DNA of 64,000 nt from Guillardia theta CCMP2712 (GCF_000315625.1 NW_005434644.1:192973-256972), one strand, 5' to 3'; positions 39,789-53,986 are shown, counted from the first letter of the stretch. Notes: generated by a model not told the origin, from the sequence alone. Translations and numbers: made by a program.

Positions 39789-40379
39789 ATGTCTTTTTTG
39801 TTCGTTCGTAAGACCTTTGCCAAAAACGACTCGACGCGCGTGCTGCCTCTGCTGATAGTTCATTCCATGTGCTCCCTCGAGCCTCGTCCTTGGGTCTTGA
39901 TGGATCCCGCCTTCTGAAGCTCCTCTCTTGTTCTTCTTCCTCTTCCTTCTCGCTCGACGAGCTTCCCAGTCTCTTTCCTCCACAGCCTCCTTGCACGATC
40001 CGTTCACTCCTAGTCTTCAATCTCTTCCCCGCTCAAATACGTACACCCCCCTCCCCCCCTCATAAAAACCTCCCCGCCCCGAACTCCTTCTCCAGCTCCC
40101 CCTCACCTCTGGTCACTGACCACTGCTGCAGCCATTCTCCCTGCTCCTCCAAAGCTCCTGCTTTCTTGACTAGAGTATCATACCATGGTCAAGCCCTGAT
40201 CCCTCTCCCTGCTCCCTGCTCCCTCCCTCTATCGATTATCCCATTCCTTGTGCTCTCCTCCCTCCTCCCTGTCTCGTCTCCCACGCGCCTCTCTCATGCA
40301 GCCCTCCCCCTTGCATTCATCCGTCTCTGCTGTCAGCCATGGGTGCCAAGAGCTCGCCCTGGCAGGGGCAGAGCGCAGG

Positions 40380-41476
40380 ATGCTCAACATACTGTGCCTG
40401 CATGGCTACCGGCAGACGCGCAAGGGATTCTACGGCAGAACATCAGCTTTCAGGAAGAGTCTCAAGAAGGTGAGGAGGCCAGACCTCTCATCGTGATGAT
40501 TGGTATCGCTTCCTGACCTTCGTCCTCCTCCTCGTCCTCCTCCTCCTCTCGTACATGCTCAGATCGCCAACTTTCACTACCTGGAGGCTCCATTTCTAGT
40601 TAGCCAGGATGGAGATACGGCACAACCTGTGCCAAGAACCCAGGGAGATGAAGAGCAAGGAGACCCAGGAGGAGATCGCGACGAGGTCCGCTGCATTTTG
40701 CTTCCACTTCCACTTCTTCTTCCTCTTCCTCTACCTTGTGCTCGTAGCCTGACTCTGCTCTTCCTCGAACCTGGAAGGTGGTATCTAGAAGGAGATGTTG
40801 GTGGAAGGAGTGGATCCAGGACGGCATACTCGTCCTCGATGGTTGTCAACAGCATGCGATCGCTCCGTGTGACTCGAGGACGTCAGGGCTAGAGACTTCG
40901 CTCGAGCTTGTCTTGCAAGCCATCCAGACGGATGGACCTTTCGATGGCATCTGCGGGTTCTCGCAGGGAGCGGCACTAGCAGCAGCTGTGTGCAGGTTGA
41001 CAGCGTGGGGGGAGTGGGGGCGGGGAGGGAAGAGGAAGCAACAGCATGCATGTGATCATTGGCATGTGGCAGGAGGCTAGAAGGCACATCCTTCAGCCAT
41101 GGCATTCGCTTCCTCCTCCTCTTCAGCGGCTACTCCATCGCCTCCCAGCCGACGGCAGGGCTAACGCTCCTCCGCACACCTTCGCTGCATGTTTGGGGGC
41201 TCCAGGACGCACAGGTCGACCCCATCTCTTCCCAGCTCCTCTGCTCACGTTGAGCAGGTCCCGAGCATGAGCAGCGAGCGATTGTCCAAGGATTTTGCAG
41301 AGCCTCAGGTGTGGAGTTCGCTGCTAGCGCTCTTGTGTGTGAACACAACTCAACAGGTTCACGTCCATGACGGCGGCCACTACATTCCCACCAACCCAGA
41401 GGCAAGGAGGCTCTACAACGACTTCATGCTGCCATTCACAGCTTCCGACTCTGCAGCAAATGCTTTAATAAACTAA
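40380..41476 (+). CDS. FSH1/OVCA2-family serine hydrolase
   Basis: MLNILCLHGYRQ, GPFDGICGFSQGAALA (nucleophile GxSxG), SLHVWGLQD and HDGGHYIP. Confidence 0.9.
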
Positions 41477-41713
41477 TGAATCGAGTATACAAACGCTAAT
41501 GTACAGCTTCACTCGCGCAAGCCCAGGCAACCAACAATAGCACAGTACTGTTGCTTGCCTGCACTTACAGCCATCCATCCGAATTGGGGACGCGCAAAGT
41601 TGCTAGTAAACAGAGAATCCACGAGGAGACGCTTCGTTTTCGATCTGAAAAAACGGCATGTTCACATTGAAGCATCTCCACAGGTTTCTGCGCGGACCTG
41701 GAAAACGTTTTCA

Positions 41714-42983
41714 TCACGCGTAATCACCATTGCCCTTCTCCCTGAGCTGTTCAATACAAAAATCGTCGTCATACTTTTTCAGAATCGCATCATTCGGCAA
41801 AGTCGACGAAGGAACGAAAACGCTCACCAAGGTTTCAAGTGTAGCCGATCCTTTCTCGTTCAGACCAGCCTCAATCGTGCCTTCAGACGCGTTGCTCGAG
41901 ATTTTCCCCACGCTGTACAGGATAGCGCCGAATCCAACCACACAAGCTGCTATAGACTTATTGGTGGTCAGGCACTGTGCTGGATTGTGTTCGCAAAACC
42001 ATACACCAGACACGATGAAAACCCCGATTGCTCGCAGCGCAGTCAATATCCCAGTTGAAACGGCGCCCGTATGGCAGATAAGATGGAAGAAAGACATGTT
42101 GTGAAGAAACGCGCTGAAAACTAATAGAAAATACAAGAACAATACACTCTCCATGTGGCCGCCCTTCTCCCTGACTTTGTGGACCACCAGCATGTCCCAA
42201 TGAGGGATGGTATAGCAACCGAAGTACAATAAATGTGCCAAGCAACCATAGGTCCCCACCATCAAGCAGAGCTGCTGGGGGACAATGGAGGCAGATCCTT
42301 TTGATAGAATAAACTCATTGATCACGTATGAGCCAGCATACCCCACACAACCAATCAGTGTAATTGTGATTCCAAGAATGAATCGCTCCGCTGCCTCATC
42401 AAAATGCAGCTGTGAAAATATATCAGGAACCGATGTGGTAGTGTATACACGCACCATCATAGAATCTTGTGAAGTCACAGCCAAACCACAGGCAATACTG
42501 AACAGGCCGAGCCATTGGATCCACCCTTGTCGCTTGCCGAGGAAAAAGCGAGAGAGAATGGCGTTGAAGCAGACAACCGAGGCATATAGCACCTAGCAAA
42601 AGGAGCTTGAGGATGTTTCCTTCATAAATACGCTGTCTTACCTGAAACACCCCGCTTCCTACTATCTGAAGCCCAAGCATGCACAAAACATTGCTTCCAA
42701 CATCAAAGACCGCAGAAAAGAAAACTCTTCTTTGACTGATATAGGCTGGTTTGCGGCTGATGGGTAAGAGTACAACCAGAAACATCCCTGCATACGTTGG
42801 AAAGGACAGGAGCATTGTTGAGGGTTCTGCACCACCTTGGTAGAAGATGTGTTGGTTGCATATGGTTGTGAAAATTCCAGTTGCCAAGAAGATGATTTGA
42901 TGGCATACTGTTAAAAGATAATCCGAACTGAACGAGCCCAGTACAGCTTTCGGCCTCGAAGACACGCTTACACCCAGCGACAT
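41714..42983 (-). CDS. DMT/SLC35-type (nucleotide-sugar-like) transporter
   Basis: About 10 hydrophobic segments, VFDVGSN..GLQIVGSGVFQ|VLYASVVCFNAILSRFFL..QW and AVSTGILTALRAIGVF. Intron at about 42593-42641. Confidence 0.8.
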
Positions 42984-44325
42984 GCCAGCGTTAGTCTGAT
43001 AATCAAGTCGCTCGCATCAATTCGTTTTGAGCCTATCTTTGACTCTGAAGCAAACAGTCGCCAACAACTTTGCAAGAAATCGTCAGCCTGTAACCTGACA
43101 AATCGATGAGTCGGAACAAACCAAGAAAGGAGATGAGGTCTCTTGGAGTGAGATGGATGGAGAATCAACACAACATCATCGCAAGTTGGTATGTTCACAA
43201 TCTAGATGGCGCAGCGATCGAGAGGAAGTTCGCCATTCATGTCCGGACTCAGACAACATGGCGAGCGAAAGCAGGGGCCAAGAGGGTTGAGGACAGGGGC
43301 GAGCGGGAATTGTAGACGCATTCAGGCATGAAGGGATCAAACAAACGAAAGCAATCGCAAAAAGCGGCGAGATATCAACGAGATGAAGAGGCAGGAGGAG
43401 GGAAGTCAGATATGCATTGAGGCGCCGAAGTCGCGCTAGTGCCTTCCCCACCTGCTGCCATGGAACGGCGACAACGGCGGGGGGAAAGATCACGGGACAC
43501 GTGGGAGGGTAGTCTTTGGGGGTAGGGGGGTAGTAAGACCCTCGAAAGTACCCACCAATTTAACTTCAAATACGGGTGCATTTACAGGGTGGGTACTTTG
43601 TGACCCCGATGGGAAACACCTGCTGGCCTGGTATGGAGGACAAGGGGCAGTGGTGGGGTTAGGGGATAATTTTGGGGGTGGAAACCCTTCGTACAGAAAT
43701 CTGTATACTAAAATTTAGACAATATTTTATTTGTATTGAAAAAGTAAAATATTTGGTACTGAGTCGAGGGGTTTGCGGAACTCGTTGGGTCGAACGCTCC
43801 ACGAAGGTGTAGGCGAGGGCGGTACCACGCACCTGCAGGGTGGGGTACTCCAGGGTCAGCTATATGGTAGGGGTGGTGAAGGCGGAATAATTGGATGAGT
43901 GGCTGCAGGGGGTATGGTCGAAAGGTAGGGTACTGATGGGTCAAATAGGGGGTCTGTAGTTACAAGGGTGGGTAGTCAGTTGTTGCAATGGAAATCTTAC
44001 GGATGGATCTTTGCGCGAATACTGTTCACGGATATCCTTGCGGATACTTTTCGAGAATTCTTTCCTGGGGTATCCTTCGGGATACTTTTACTGGGACGCC
44101 ACATCTGGTTTCGTCCAGCATGGAGGAACTGCGCTTGACGATGCGCGACGAGCGACGGATGGCGGACCGATGCGAGCCCCTCGAGGAGGAAGGAGGATGA
44201 CGAGAATGAGCGCAGAGCGGAAGAGGCAGAGGAAGAAGGTGAGGGAGCGGAAGAGAAGCTGAAGGAGCAAGGAAAGGGGAGCAGGTTTTCTGGTCGGTTA
44301 CCAACAGGCAGCACGGGCTGCCTTG

Positions 44326-46381
44326 ATGAATCAGCGGATACGTTTGTTGAGGTTGGTGGGAGTAGCTCCTCCTACCTCCTGCCCTTCGCGCGGAGGAGAT
44401 GAAGAAAAGAAGGAAGGGGACAGGAGCCTCGACGTGCTGCTTTCGCAGGAGGTTGTGGACCTCGGTGCGCTGCGGAGTGCTGTGGGAGAAGGGAAATGTT
44501 GCCCGAGCAATCGCCTTGTTTGCTGGAGGCTCGTCATGGGGATTCTCCCTCCCGAGAGCGACAGATGGTGCATGGTTGCCAGGGAGCTCAGCGACTGGTA
44601 CGAAGAGATATCCAAGGCGGCTCCCTTGTTGTGCAAAGGGTCGTTGCAGAGCTCGTCGTTGAAGTACATGCTGCACGATACGGGGAAAGAGAACACTACA
44701 GCCTTGATCTCAGCAGAGAAGTTGTACAGAGAGTACCTGATGAAGCTGCTGATCGAAGGAAGACGGCCACAGAGCATCATGCCTTGGTTGAGATGCGACA
44801 CCTTGGACAAGGTCAATCATTCCATGACAGAATCGAAGGCTTCCCAGATGTACAACGCTGATGACATCAACGCACCATGCATCGCTTACGTCTTTAGTGC
44901 GTCTTTCTCTCATTCCGACTCAGATCGACATGCGATTTTCTGGTGTTACTTCCATTTCATGGAGCTTTTTTCGAATCCTGGATGCAGTTACAAGAGGCTG
45001 CACACGGTAACCTCCATGGTACGGGAATCTGATCCAGACATGGTGAAGCATGTCCAATCAACAGGCCTTGATCTCAAAGACCTCCTGCAGAGTTGGTTTC
45101 GAACCTGCTTCACTGTATGTCTTTCAATCGACTCCCTTGTTTTGCTCTGGGACAGGCTTCTGGCTTACGGAGTAGATTTCTCAGTCTTCTTTGCGATTGC
45201 GCTTCTCAACTACATAAGACCAGTCTTACTCAGGAGCGAAGACAAGCAATCGATGCTGCAGATATTCCTCAGTGTGCATGAGCTCGTGCCCTCAGTACAA
45301 GACATCATAGCCAGTGCCATCACTATGCTCAACAGCAAAACGCACCTCACACAAAAGCTCTGGCGGCCCAAGCTGAATGATTACTGCATGCAGGTCAAGC
45401 TTATGGTACCATCAGCATTGAAGCTTCTGGCTGGACCAGGGGACTGCGTCTATCATAGTTCCGCGTACGACTACACGACCTCAGATTTCTGTTTGTACAA
45501 AGGGGAAATGACGTATGGAGGGGCTTCTATCTCGGTGGTAAGAGTGGAAAACAGCTTCGAGGGTATTGGCCCTGAAACCTTCTTCAGCAACGTTGCCCTC
45601 GAAAACAAGATCGCCACAGAAAAAGTCAGTGACAGCTATCCTGTTGCAGTTCAATGTAATGTGGTTCATCGGCTAGGGAGAATGGTGTATCTGGTGCGCG
45701 AGACATGGCAGACGGCCAGCGGGGCAAAACGAGACCTCCTCATGCTCACTGCACATGTGAAGCTGCCGGATGAAGGTTGGCTGGTCGTTTCACAGAGCAT
45801 CGATGTCAGAGAAGATCCAAGTTTCCATGACTTGGATGCCTCTCTCAGCAAGTTCTCATCCATCTCTCGAGCCTGGTTGATCTCCCCCCTGTATCTTCCG
45901 ACCAATTGTCCGTGCAGCAGCTGCTCGGCAACAAGCCAGGCTCATGCGTATGAGGACACGGGGAGCTCGTTCTCTCGCACCTTCTCCGACATGCAGGTCG
46001 ACATGCTGGTCGCTGGGGCTTCAGGAGGTGTGTTGCCAAGCACTCAGGGGTTAACCTACCTGCCCGTGCCTAGCAAGGACATGAAACACAGTTGCAACAC
46101 TCATAACAAGCTGTGGCGAACGTACGACAAGTTTGCCTCAAAGTTTGATGCGAATGAGCTGCGCCATCCTGTTGCTGGACGGCTCTGTGGAGTCTGCGTG
46201 CGTGGAATGATGGCGATGGACAGTCAGGTAGGGAAGTTGAAGGAGGAACATGTTGTCATACTTGTCTCACTGAGACTCTTCTCAGGCGTCACGAGCAGAT
46301 CAGCGATTGGGCGTGGAATATCTCACAGATGTCATGAAGCATTGGAGCCTCAGCCTGGCCCAACGAAGAAACTGTACATAA
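44326..46381 (+). CDS. TBC1D7-like TBC-domain protein fused to a START-like domain
   Basis: EEKK..SLDVLL..VDL..L...RLVCWRLVMGILPP and D..M..H....WFRTCF..CL..SL..LWDR match the TBC1D7 layout. C-terminal half has START-like RDLLML..DEGWLVVSQSI..AWLISP. A probable last intron at 46228-46285 puts the stop at 46381 (unspliced stop 46407). Confidence 0.7.
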
Positions 46382-46524
46382 ATCGGAGTGTTAGAGACGA
46401 CTCGTGAGGCGCGTGGTGTTGGGAACGCTGCGAGTACAATAAGCACGGAAGAGTCCTTCTTTGACGAATCACATTGCATTTTTATGCAACATGCGTGCTT
46501 CACAAGCAACACAGAACGACCATC

Positions 46525-47290
46525 CTACTGCACGGAAGAGTCCTTCTTTGACGAATCTTTTTCCTCAGCTTGCTGAGCAGAGGGCTGGGCCACCTTTGAG
46601 GTGCTCGAGTCGTTCGAGACTGCCGGAGCTGCGTTGTCGCCTCCTGGGCTAGCACAGGTACACGAAGACGCTAGCCACCCACAAGCCCTGCATGAAGGAG
46701 CGAGAAACTCATCCATGTTGAAGCCAGCATCCTTCTTAGATGGATCAGCCTTCGGGGTGTCACATTCGGTGGTGGAGACAGGAGCTGACTCGACTGCGTG
46801 GGAGCTGGATACCACCTCGGTCGCGTCTTCCTCCTCAGTCCTCGCCCTCTTGGACTCCCGGTGCTCTGAAGCAATGTCCAGAATCGAGCGAATCTCACTC
46901 TGCACCGCATCTCGCGCCATCCCCCGCAGCATTTGCGCCTGGCATATCATGGCCTTGATTGCCTGCGGAAGAGAACAACATCAAACCCCTAGAACATCGC
47001 AAAGAAACACGAGAGTGACATTGAGCAAGTGGGGCACGAGCAGCACGGCGAGAGAAGAAGGTCTTGATGCGATGAGAGAAGATGAGAGAGCAACGAGAGG
47101 ATCGGCTAGTACAGTTCGGTCTTCACCTTCTGAAAGACTCCCGGAGGAAGGAGTTTGGACGAGGCCGAGCACACCTCCTTCACTTCGTCCTTGCTCAGAT
47201 AACGCTTGTTTCCAACAGCGTTGGACTCCTCGTATCCTTCTTGAAACAGATGAGAAACCATTCTAGAGAAGGTGAGCTCGTCGCTGATCC
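46525..47290 (-). CDS. Hypothetical protein (start uncertain)
   Basis: Last exon 46525-46960 encodes AIKAMICQAQMLRG...CRACGWLASSCTC. Upstream coding-like segments extend to at least 47290. Confidence 0.4.
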
Positions 47291-48545
47291 AGTTTTCTCT
47301 TCCTGGTCTCTTGGATAAACAATGAGGGGCCCTAGGAACCTTGTGTCAGATCTCACAAAGGCTGACAGATTTGCACCCGCAAGGAGCACATGGAACAACA
47401 AGGATATTCCTCAGAACAATAAGTTGCATTCACGGCTCTGATAACGTCTGGTGAAACCACTGACTAAACTGATGCACCCACAACGCAAAGTACGTGAGAT
47501 ATGTTCATCCATCGTAATGTTCTTCCCCGATAACTTTCAGAAAGCACTCCATAGCTTTTCTTTTACAACATCAATCAAAAATTTCAAGACTCGTCTTCTC
47601 TTTGAGCCCTTCAACTGAACTTTCACCACATTTGTCTTCTAGTTTCCTATTTCAATGTCCTTCTTTCAGAGCCAACTGAACAGCATTGTGGGGCAGAACT
47701 GTTGAAAGTGTATGCAGCTCTCCTACATCAAAGATGACATCATCTACCTACTCTCCATCTTCTTCCTCCGGCATTCCATCCAATGCCTCTACTCCCCTTC
47801 CGTGCGGCTCCTGATGTTTCTAAAACCATAGCTTCGCCTCTTCGGGCTCAAAATATTTTCAAAACAAATAAGTTCCTCCGCGTCTTGGACCCCAGGATGA
47901 AGTTTTTCAGAGGGGGTTCCTATTTGACCAAATTTGAAATTATCGGTGTTTGAAGCATTTTATAGGTTTAAGAAATCGATACTTCAAAAGAAATTTGACA
48001 CAGAGGACCAAAGAATGACAAAAGATGTATTGGACATTGGTTCCTTTCGTTCCCATCATAGGCTCCCTAAGACTCGATACATAGCACCAGGTCATAGATG
48101 AGAGTACCCCACCCCTCCGAAATACCTGGAAGATGCCCCTCCCTTGCTCCTACGACTGGAGAAGCTGGTGAGGATAATAAGGGACCCTACCCAAAAGTAG
48201 ACACAAAAAGTACCCTTAGTACCCCAACAAATAAACATCAGAGTACCGGTACAAGACCCCACCGTGGAGGACCCACCTCGGGCAGGTTCTCTCAATACAT
48301 TTTACATGGATTATTAATCGGTATGAGCCACCAAATATGGACACAATTTACAGGTACTAAATATGATACATAGATGTAAAGTTGTAAAATTCGTACCAAA
48401 ATTAAAAATACAGGAATCTTTACAATGAATCTTCCGGGGCGGACTCGATGGGAATAACCCACCCCATCCGGGCCCCCCTCATCAACGAACAAGAATATCT
48501 GAGGGGAGCCCGGGGATCCTGAGGGCAGCAGGAGGGCAGGTCGGA

Positions 48546-51500
48546 ATGGGGCAATGGTGCCGCTGGTTCCTAGTCGCCGCCATGGCATGCGACTTGTCCT
48601 CCTCCTCCTCCTCCTCCTCCTCCTCCTCCTCCTCCTCCTCCTCCTCCTCCTCCTCCTCCTCTTCGAGGTTCCAGGATACAGAGGTAAGCTATGACGTGCT
48701 GTGTGAGAGCGCGTACAGGAGGTGTATGGCAGCTGCCTGCTCCTCGTCGATCCTCCTAGTCTGTTGTGTATGGAAAGTACCGAAGGGATGGCGTGTTGCT
48801 TCGACATGAATGCTTTTTCAGAAATCCTTTGAGCATCTGACTTGTTAATCTTGTTCTCAGGTGAAGTTTGACCACCCTTCAGAGGGATTCGTCTTCAGAG
48901 ATCCTGCAAACATTATGCTTGCGATTAAGGTCGCCCATTGCTACTCCGTGGAATGCGGGAACATCGTAATCTATCTCAATCACAAAGAGATCGGGAAGTT
49001 TCGGATGTACGCCAACGAGTTTGGAGAGATACGAACGCATCTCAACATCCCCTCGCTCTGCGATGGGGAGCACTTGGCGGCAGTGAAGATCGTGGACGAG
49101 CGAGGGAACGACCTCGAACCTCACCTCTACCATGACGTCGGGTTTGTGGTTGACACAGCACCGAAGGAGGAGGAGGAGGGGCATCAAGATTTATCGTTGA
49201 TAGATCGCGAGATCAACAACTGCCCGCAGTCGTTCTCCTGCAGCAGCGGGAGTTCAGAGGACGACGTTATCTGCAGCGGGCACGGTGCTTGCATGAAGGG
49301 AGCGTGCGTGTGCTTTGCCAATTGGGCAGGGGAGGAATGTCAGCACCCGCTCTTTGAGAACAACACGTACATCCCTGACAGAGACCCTTCTTCTCTGCCA
49401 TCAGCATGCATCAAGAGCGTGGTGTGGGAGAACAGGACCTCCGAGCTCCGGTCTATCCTGCTCGATATCTCTGAACGACTCTCTTGCTCGCCGCAGGACG
49501 TCCTTCTGTTCGAGGTAGATCATATCTGGATGCCTTGAACTTCCCTTCCATGCACTCTTGTCCTACCCGCCTCCTCTCTCCTCCCCTACCCGCCTCGCCT
49601 CGCTCAGTTGCTATCTTCCTCCTGACTCCAACCCCATCTGTCGCACATACCTTCTCCTTCCTGCCCAACTCTCATCCGTTTCTCAGGCTCCTCCCCATGG
49701 GTTCGGCACAAACATCCACTACCTGACCGTCCTCCTGAGCAAAAGCCTGCAGGAACTAGAGGGTGCTGGCCCCTTTCGATGCGAGAGTGACGTTGGAGCA
49801 GGAGGGAAGGGCGATGGTGATGGACGGGGTGTGGAACTACGATGCTTGTGACGGCCTTGGCTTCGCCTGTCACTTTCTCCCTCTCTCCCGCTGCTCGTCC
49901 TCCGACGCCAAGGCGGAGGGAGCAAAGCTGCACAAGAGGATGGATAATATCCACTACGACAACCCGCAGGCATATGACAGTCACTTCATCCCTCCTGAGT
50001 TCGCCTCCTCCTTCCATGGCGTCCTCTGGTGGCGCTCCCAGGTGAGTCAGCACACAGCGGAGCGGGAAGCAGTGGAAGTGGAGGTGGAGGTGGAAGAACG
50101 TGAAAGGAGGAGAGGAGGATCAGAGAAGGGAGGAAGGGCTGTTGGTGAAGAGGAGGGGAGGAGGAAGACGAGGAAGAGTCGAGAAGGACAGCGAGGGCTA
50201 ACGGCCTGCACAGCTGACTGGATTCCTGCTGAGACGGAACGAGAGGATGGAGCTGATTCTGAGGAGGATAAAAAACCAGATCGGGTACCGACATCCCGTC
50301 GTTGGAGTGCAGGTGCTGTTGCGATCACAGCAGCTCACCCAGCTGAAGGAGGGAGCAGGTGAGGAGGGGTGACTCTTGCTCCCACGCATCCTCCTCGACC
50401 ATCCGCCCAGGATGCCAGCCCGTGTCGGCGTTCCTGAAGCACGTGGAGGCGATGCACGAGCGCTATGGTGGGGGAGGCGAGCTGACGAGGCCCGTGCGGT
50501 GACGTCGCTGCTGCAGGGGTGAGCAGAGTCTTCCTGGCCACTGACGACATAGAGACTGTGAATGACTTCAAGAGGAGAGGAGAGGAGAAGCAATGGCAGG
50601 CAACCCCTGTCTCATGTCCCCATCACTTCCACTCCATCCCCTCCTCTCCCTCAAAATCTCTCCTTTCATCCTCTTCCTTCTCCTCGCCCTCCTTTGATCC
50701 TTTCCTTCCCCTTCCTCCTCCCCTCCCGCCTCTCCTCGCTCATCATCCCCCTCTCCTATCATCCTCTCCTCCCTTGCCATGCTCATGGCGCCTGACTCGT
50801 TTCACTTCCGCTCACTCTGAACTTCCCGCAGATCGTCCACCTTCCTCTTGACCGCACCATGTTCGACTCTTCTCTGTTCATTGAGTATCCTCTGGTTACG
50901 CATCCTTTACCTCCTGACGAGCATGTCAAGGTATCGCCTCATGCTCGGGTACGTCGACTCCAAGGCTGTCTCCGACAGCACCGTGACTGATCTCCTCCTG
51001 CTGGCGGAAGCAGGTCGAANNNNNNNNNNNNNNNNNNNNNNNNNNNNNNNNNNNNNNNNNNNNNNNNNNNNNNNNNNNNNNNNNNNNNNNNNNNNNNNNN
51101 NNNNNNNNNNNNNNNNNNNCTCCCTCCATCCATCCATCCATCCATCCATCCATCCCTCCCTCCTCCTTCCCTTCCCTCTTTGCCTATCTTCCTTCTTGCC
51201 TGCCTCTCCCCTTTTACACCCCCTCTAGTTCAACTTTCTGGCTCTCCTCGCATGCTCTACCTCTTGTGACCCTCCTTGCGCACAGATTACTTCGTCGGGG
51301 GATTTGGATCGCACTTCAGGTACGGCAGAGGAGGAGGAGGATATGGACGATGACGAGGAGGAGGAGGAGGAGGAGGAGGAGGAGGAGGGAGAAGCAACGA
51401 GAGCAATCATCCTTTCTTTGCCTGACGCCTCTAGCAGCAGGATATCTTTCGAGTTGTCCGTGGCGCTAAAGGGGAGAGTTCCTCCTTATGTAAGCAGATA

Positions 51501-51649
51501 GAGAGGGAGGGATCAGGGAGCGGGGAGCGGGGAGCGGAGGGGAAAGGAGGATCTTTTGACAGGGTACGCAGGCTTCTGTCGACTATCCCTGGTGTTGGCA
51601 CTTCCTGGAGAAGCGACCGATTGGTCCCTATCCTCCTCAGTACTGCTGA
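48546..51649 (+). CDS. EGF-domain-containing GT23 (FUT8/NodZ-like alpha-1,6-fucosyltransferase) protein; spans N gap
   Basis: EGF CSGHGACMKGACVCFANWAGEEC. GT23-like motifs HGFGTNIHYL, CHFLPLSRC, WWRSQ, PVVGVQ, VFLATDD, DLLLLAEA, DYFVGGFGSHF/RISFEL and ASVDYPW. Confidence 0.75.
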
Positions 51650-51912
51650 CCCCCCTCCCCCCCCCCCCCCCTTCTTGTAAATAGATTATGATGCCTCTTG
51701 TTCTTGCTGAGGGTGAGGGGAACGAGAGACGGAGGGGAGGGAGGGGAGAAGGGGCGGAGGTAGGGCAAGATGTACGCTCGAGAAATCATATAGGAAAGGA
51801 GGGAGTGAGCGGAGGAGAGATGAAGAGAGGTAGGAGGGGCTGATGGGTGGGCAGAGGAGGAAGGGAGGTAGGCGGAGGCAGTCGGACTGACTTTCTCACG
51901 TGTGTTTCGCTT

Positions 51913-52527
51913 CATTTCCCCGTCAAATCTTCACGCAAGATGGACAAGGAGTTGCGCAGGAGAGCGAACCCCTGAGCTCCTGATGGCAGCGGATGAGAAG
52001 GAGGAGAAAGTAGTTGAAGGGGGTCGAGACGGGAAAGGAAAGGGAGGAAGGAACGTGTTGGAAAGGAAGAACAGGTGAAGGAACGGGAGGGAGGGGAGAA
52101 AGGAGGGAGGTGGGGAGGAGGAGGAGGGGCGGATGGAAGCAAGTAGGAGGTGAGGTGAGGAGAGGAGAGGAGAGGAGAGGAGAGGAGAGGAGAGGAGAGG
52201 AGAGGAGAGGAGGAAGGACTACCTGTCTGGGACGCTTCTTCCCTCCCGCTAGCAGCTTTCCTCTCGCTCCTCTTGCTCTGCCGCAGTTGAGATCAGATGT
52301 CAATTCAAGACTCATGACAGCCTGCGGCAGAGGAGGAGCCGACGCGTCTGACCTGATGGCTCTCCTCGTTGGGAGGCAGCGGGGGAACGGAGAGGATGGT
52401 ATTGCCAGCCGCCTTGACATGCTCCTTGATGGCTGAGCTCAGGCGTCAGAGGCGGAGGACATGAGCAAGGAGGAGAGAGAGGACGACAGAGGAGTAGGTC
52501 ACGAGGAGCAGGAGCATGAGCAGGAGA

Positions 52528-52574
<47 letters not shown>

Positions 52575-53017
52575 AAGGAGAAGGGGAAGCAGCAGCAGCA
52601 GCAGGGAGAGGAGGAGGAGGGAGAGAGGGGAAGGGGCACTACAGACAACATCTCACATCCGAGATCGAAGGTCATGGTGAAGGTTCCGGCCTGATGTCTC
52701 AGACTTCCCGGCAGCAGGCCCGTCGACTGGGACATGTCGCCGTAGGCCTCGCCGTCAAAAACTTCATCATCACCCAGGCGGCGATCTGAGTGAAAGTTCG
52801 CCTGAGGATGCAACTTGTTCTGAGACGGCAGGAGTGAGAAACCATGAGGAAGCGCGTTGATCTGTGTTGATGACATCGAGTGGAGATGCGTGCCAAGAAC
52901 GATCATCGGGATGGACCGCAACACAAAGACATCGAGCGTCTGCATCATCGTTTCCACCCTTATCTCTACTTCTTTCATCTTATTTGTCAGTGTCATCATC
53001 CTCATCCTCATCATCAA

Positions 53018-53072
<55 letters not shown>

Positions 53073-53710
53073 ACCATCACCATCACCATCACCATCACCA
53101 TCACCATCACCATCACCATCACCATCACCATCACCATCACCATCACCATCATAGCCAGCACCATCTCTACAATCATATCCGCCTTCTTCATCATCGTCGT
53201 AGTTACAACCACCTCCATCATCTCACTCAAGCATCTAAAAGACTCACATATCGGCTTCTCAGTTCGCTCGCGCTCATTTGATCATCTTCCACATCGATCT
53301 CATGCAAACTTCGAATCTCCTCGGGGAGCTCGTTGTGCACATGAGACCTCTGCGAGCTCCCTGCTGCCGAGATTTGTTCCTGCAAGCTCGTGAAGTCACT
53401 GACAAGATCTCTAGGATCGTTGTGTTGTATAAGACTGTGAGAAAACCACGAAAGAGAACAATGATACAAAACAATGATACACGACAATGACGTACAGCTA
53501 TGGACGACCATTATGAAGGACAACAATTGAGGACAATCATGGAATAAGACAGCAAAACACATCAATTCCAGATCACGGCCATGGGAGAGGCTAAAACCTG
53601 ATTGAGAGTAACAAGACAGATAGAAATCTCACAGGTTCTCGATGGGATGCCTCCTCGAGGTCCTCTGATTTGTTGTGCGTCAATATCTCGTCAGTAGAGA
53701 GGAACGAGGA

Positions 53711-53767
<57 letters not shown>

Positions 53768-53951
53768 GGTTTCACCTTGCTTGTGGAGAAGTTCTCTCGC
53801 TCTCTGCATGAAAATCAAGTCATTCGATGGCAATGAGAGGGTGCAGGTACGTCTCGCAGATTCTTCGGCGCCACAATCTTCCCCCTCTGCTCTCCCTTGG
53901 AGCTACTCTCCTGGCTGCTCGCTCGTCAGAGAGGGAGGCGAGGGGTGGAGG

Positions 53952-53986
<35 letters not shown>

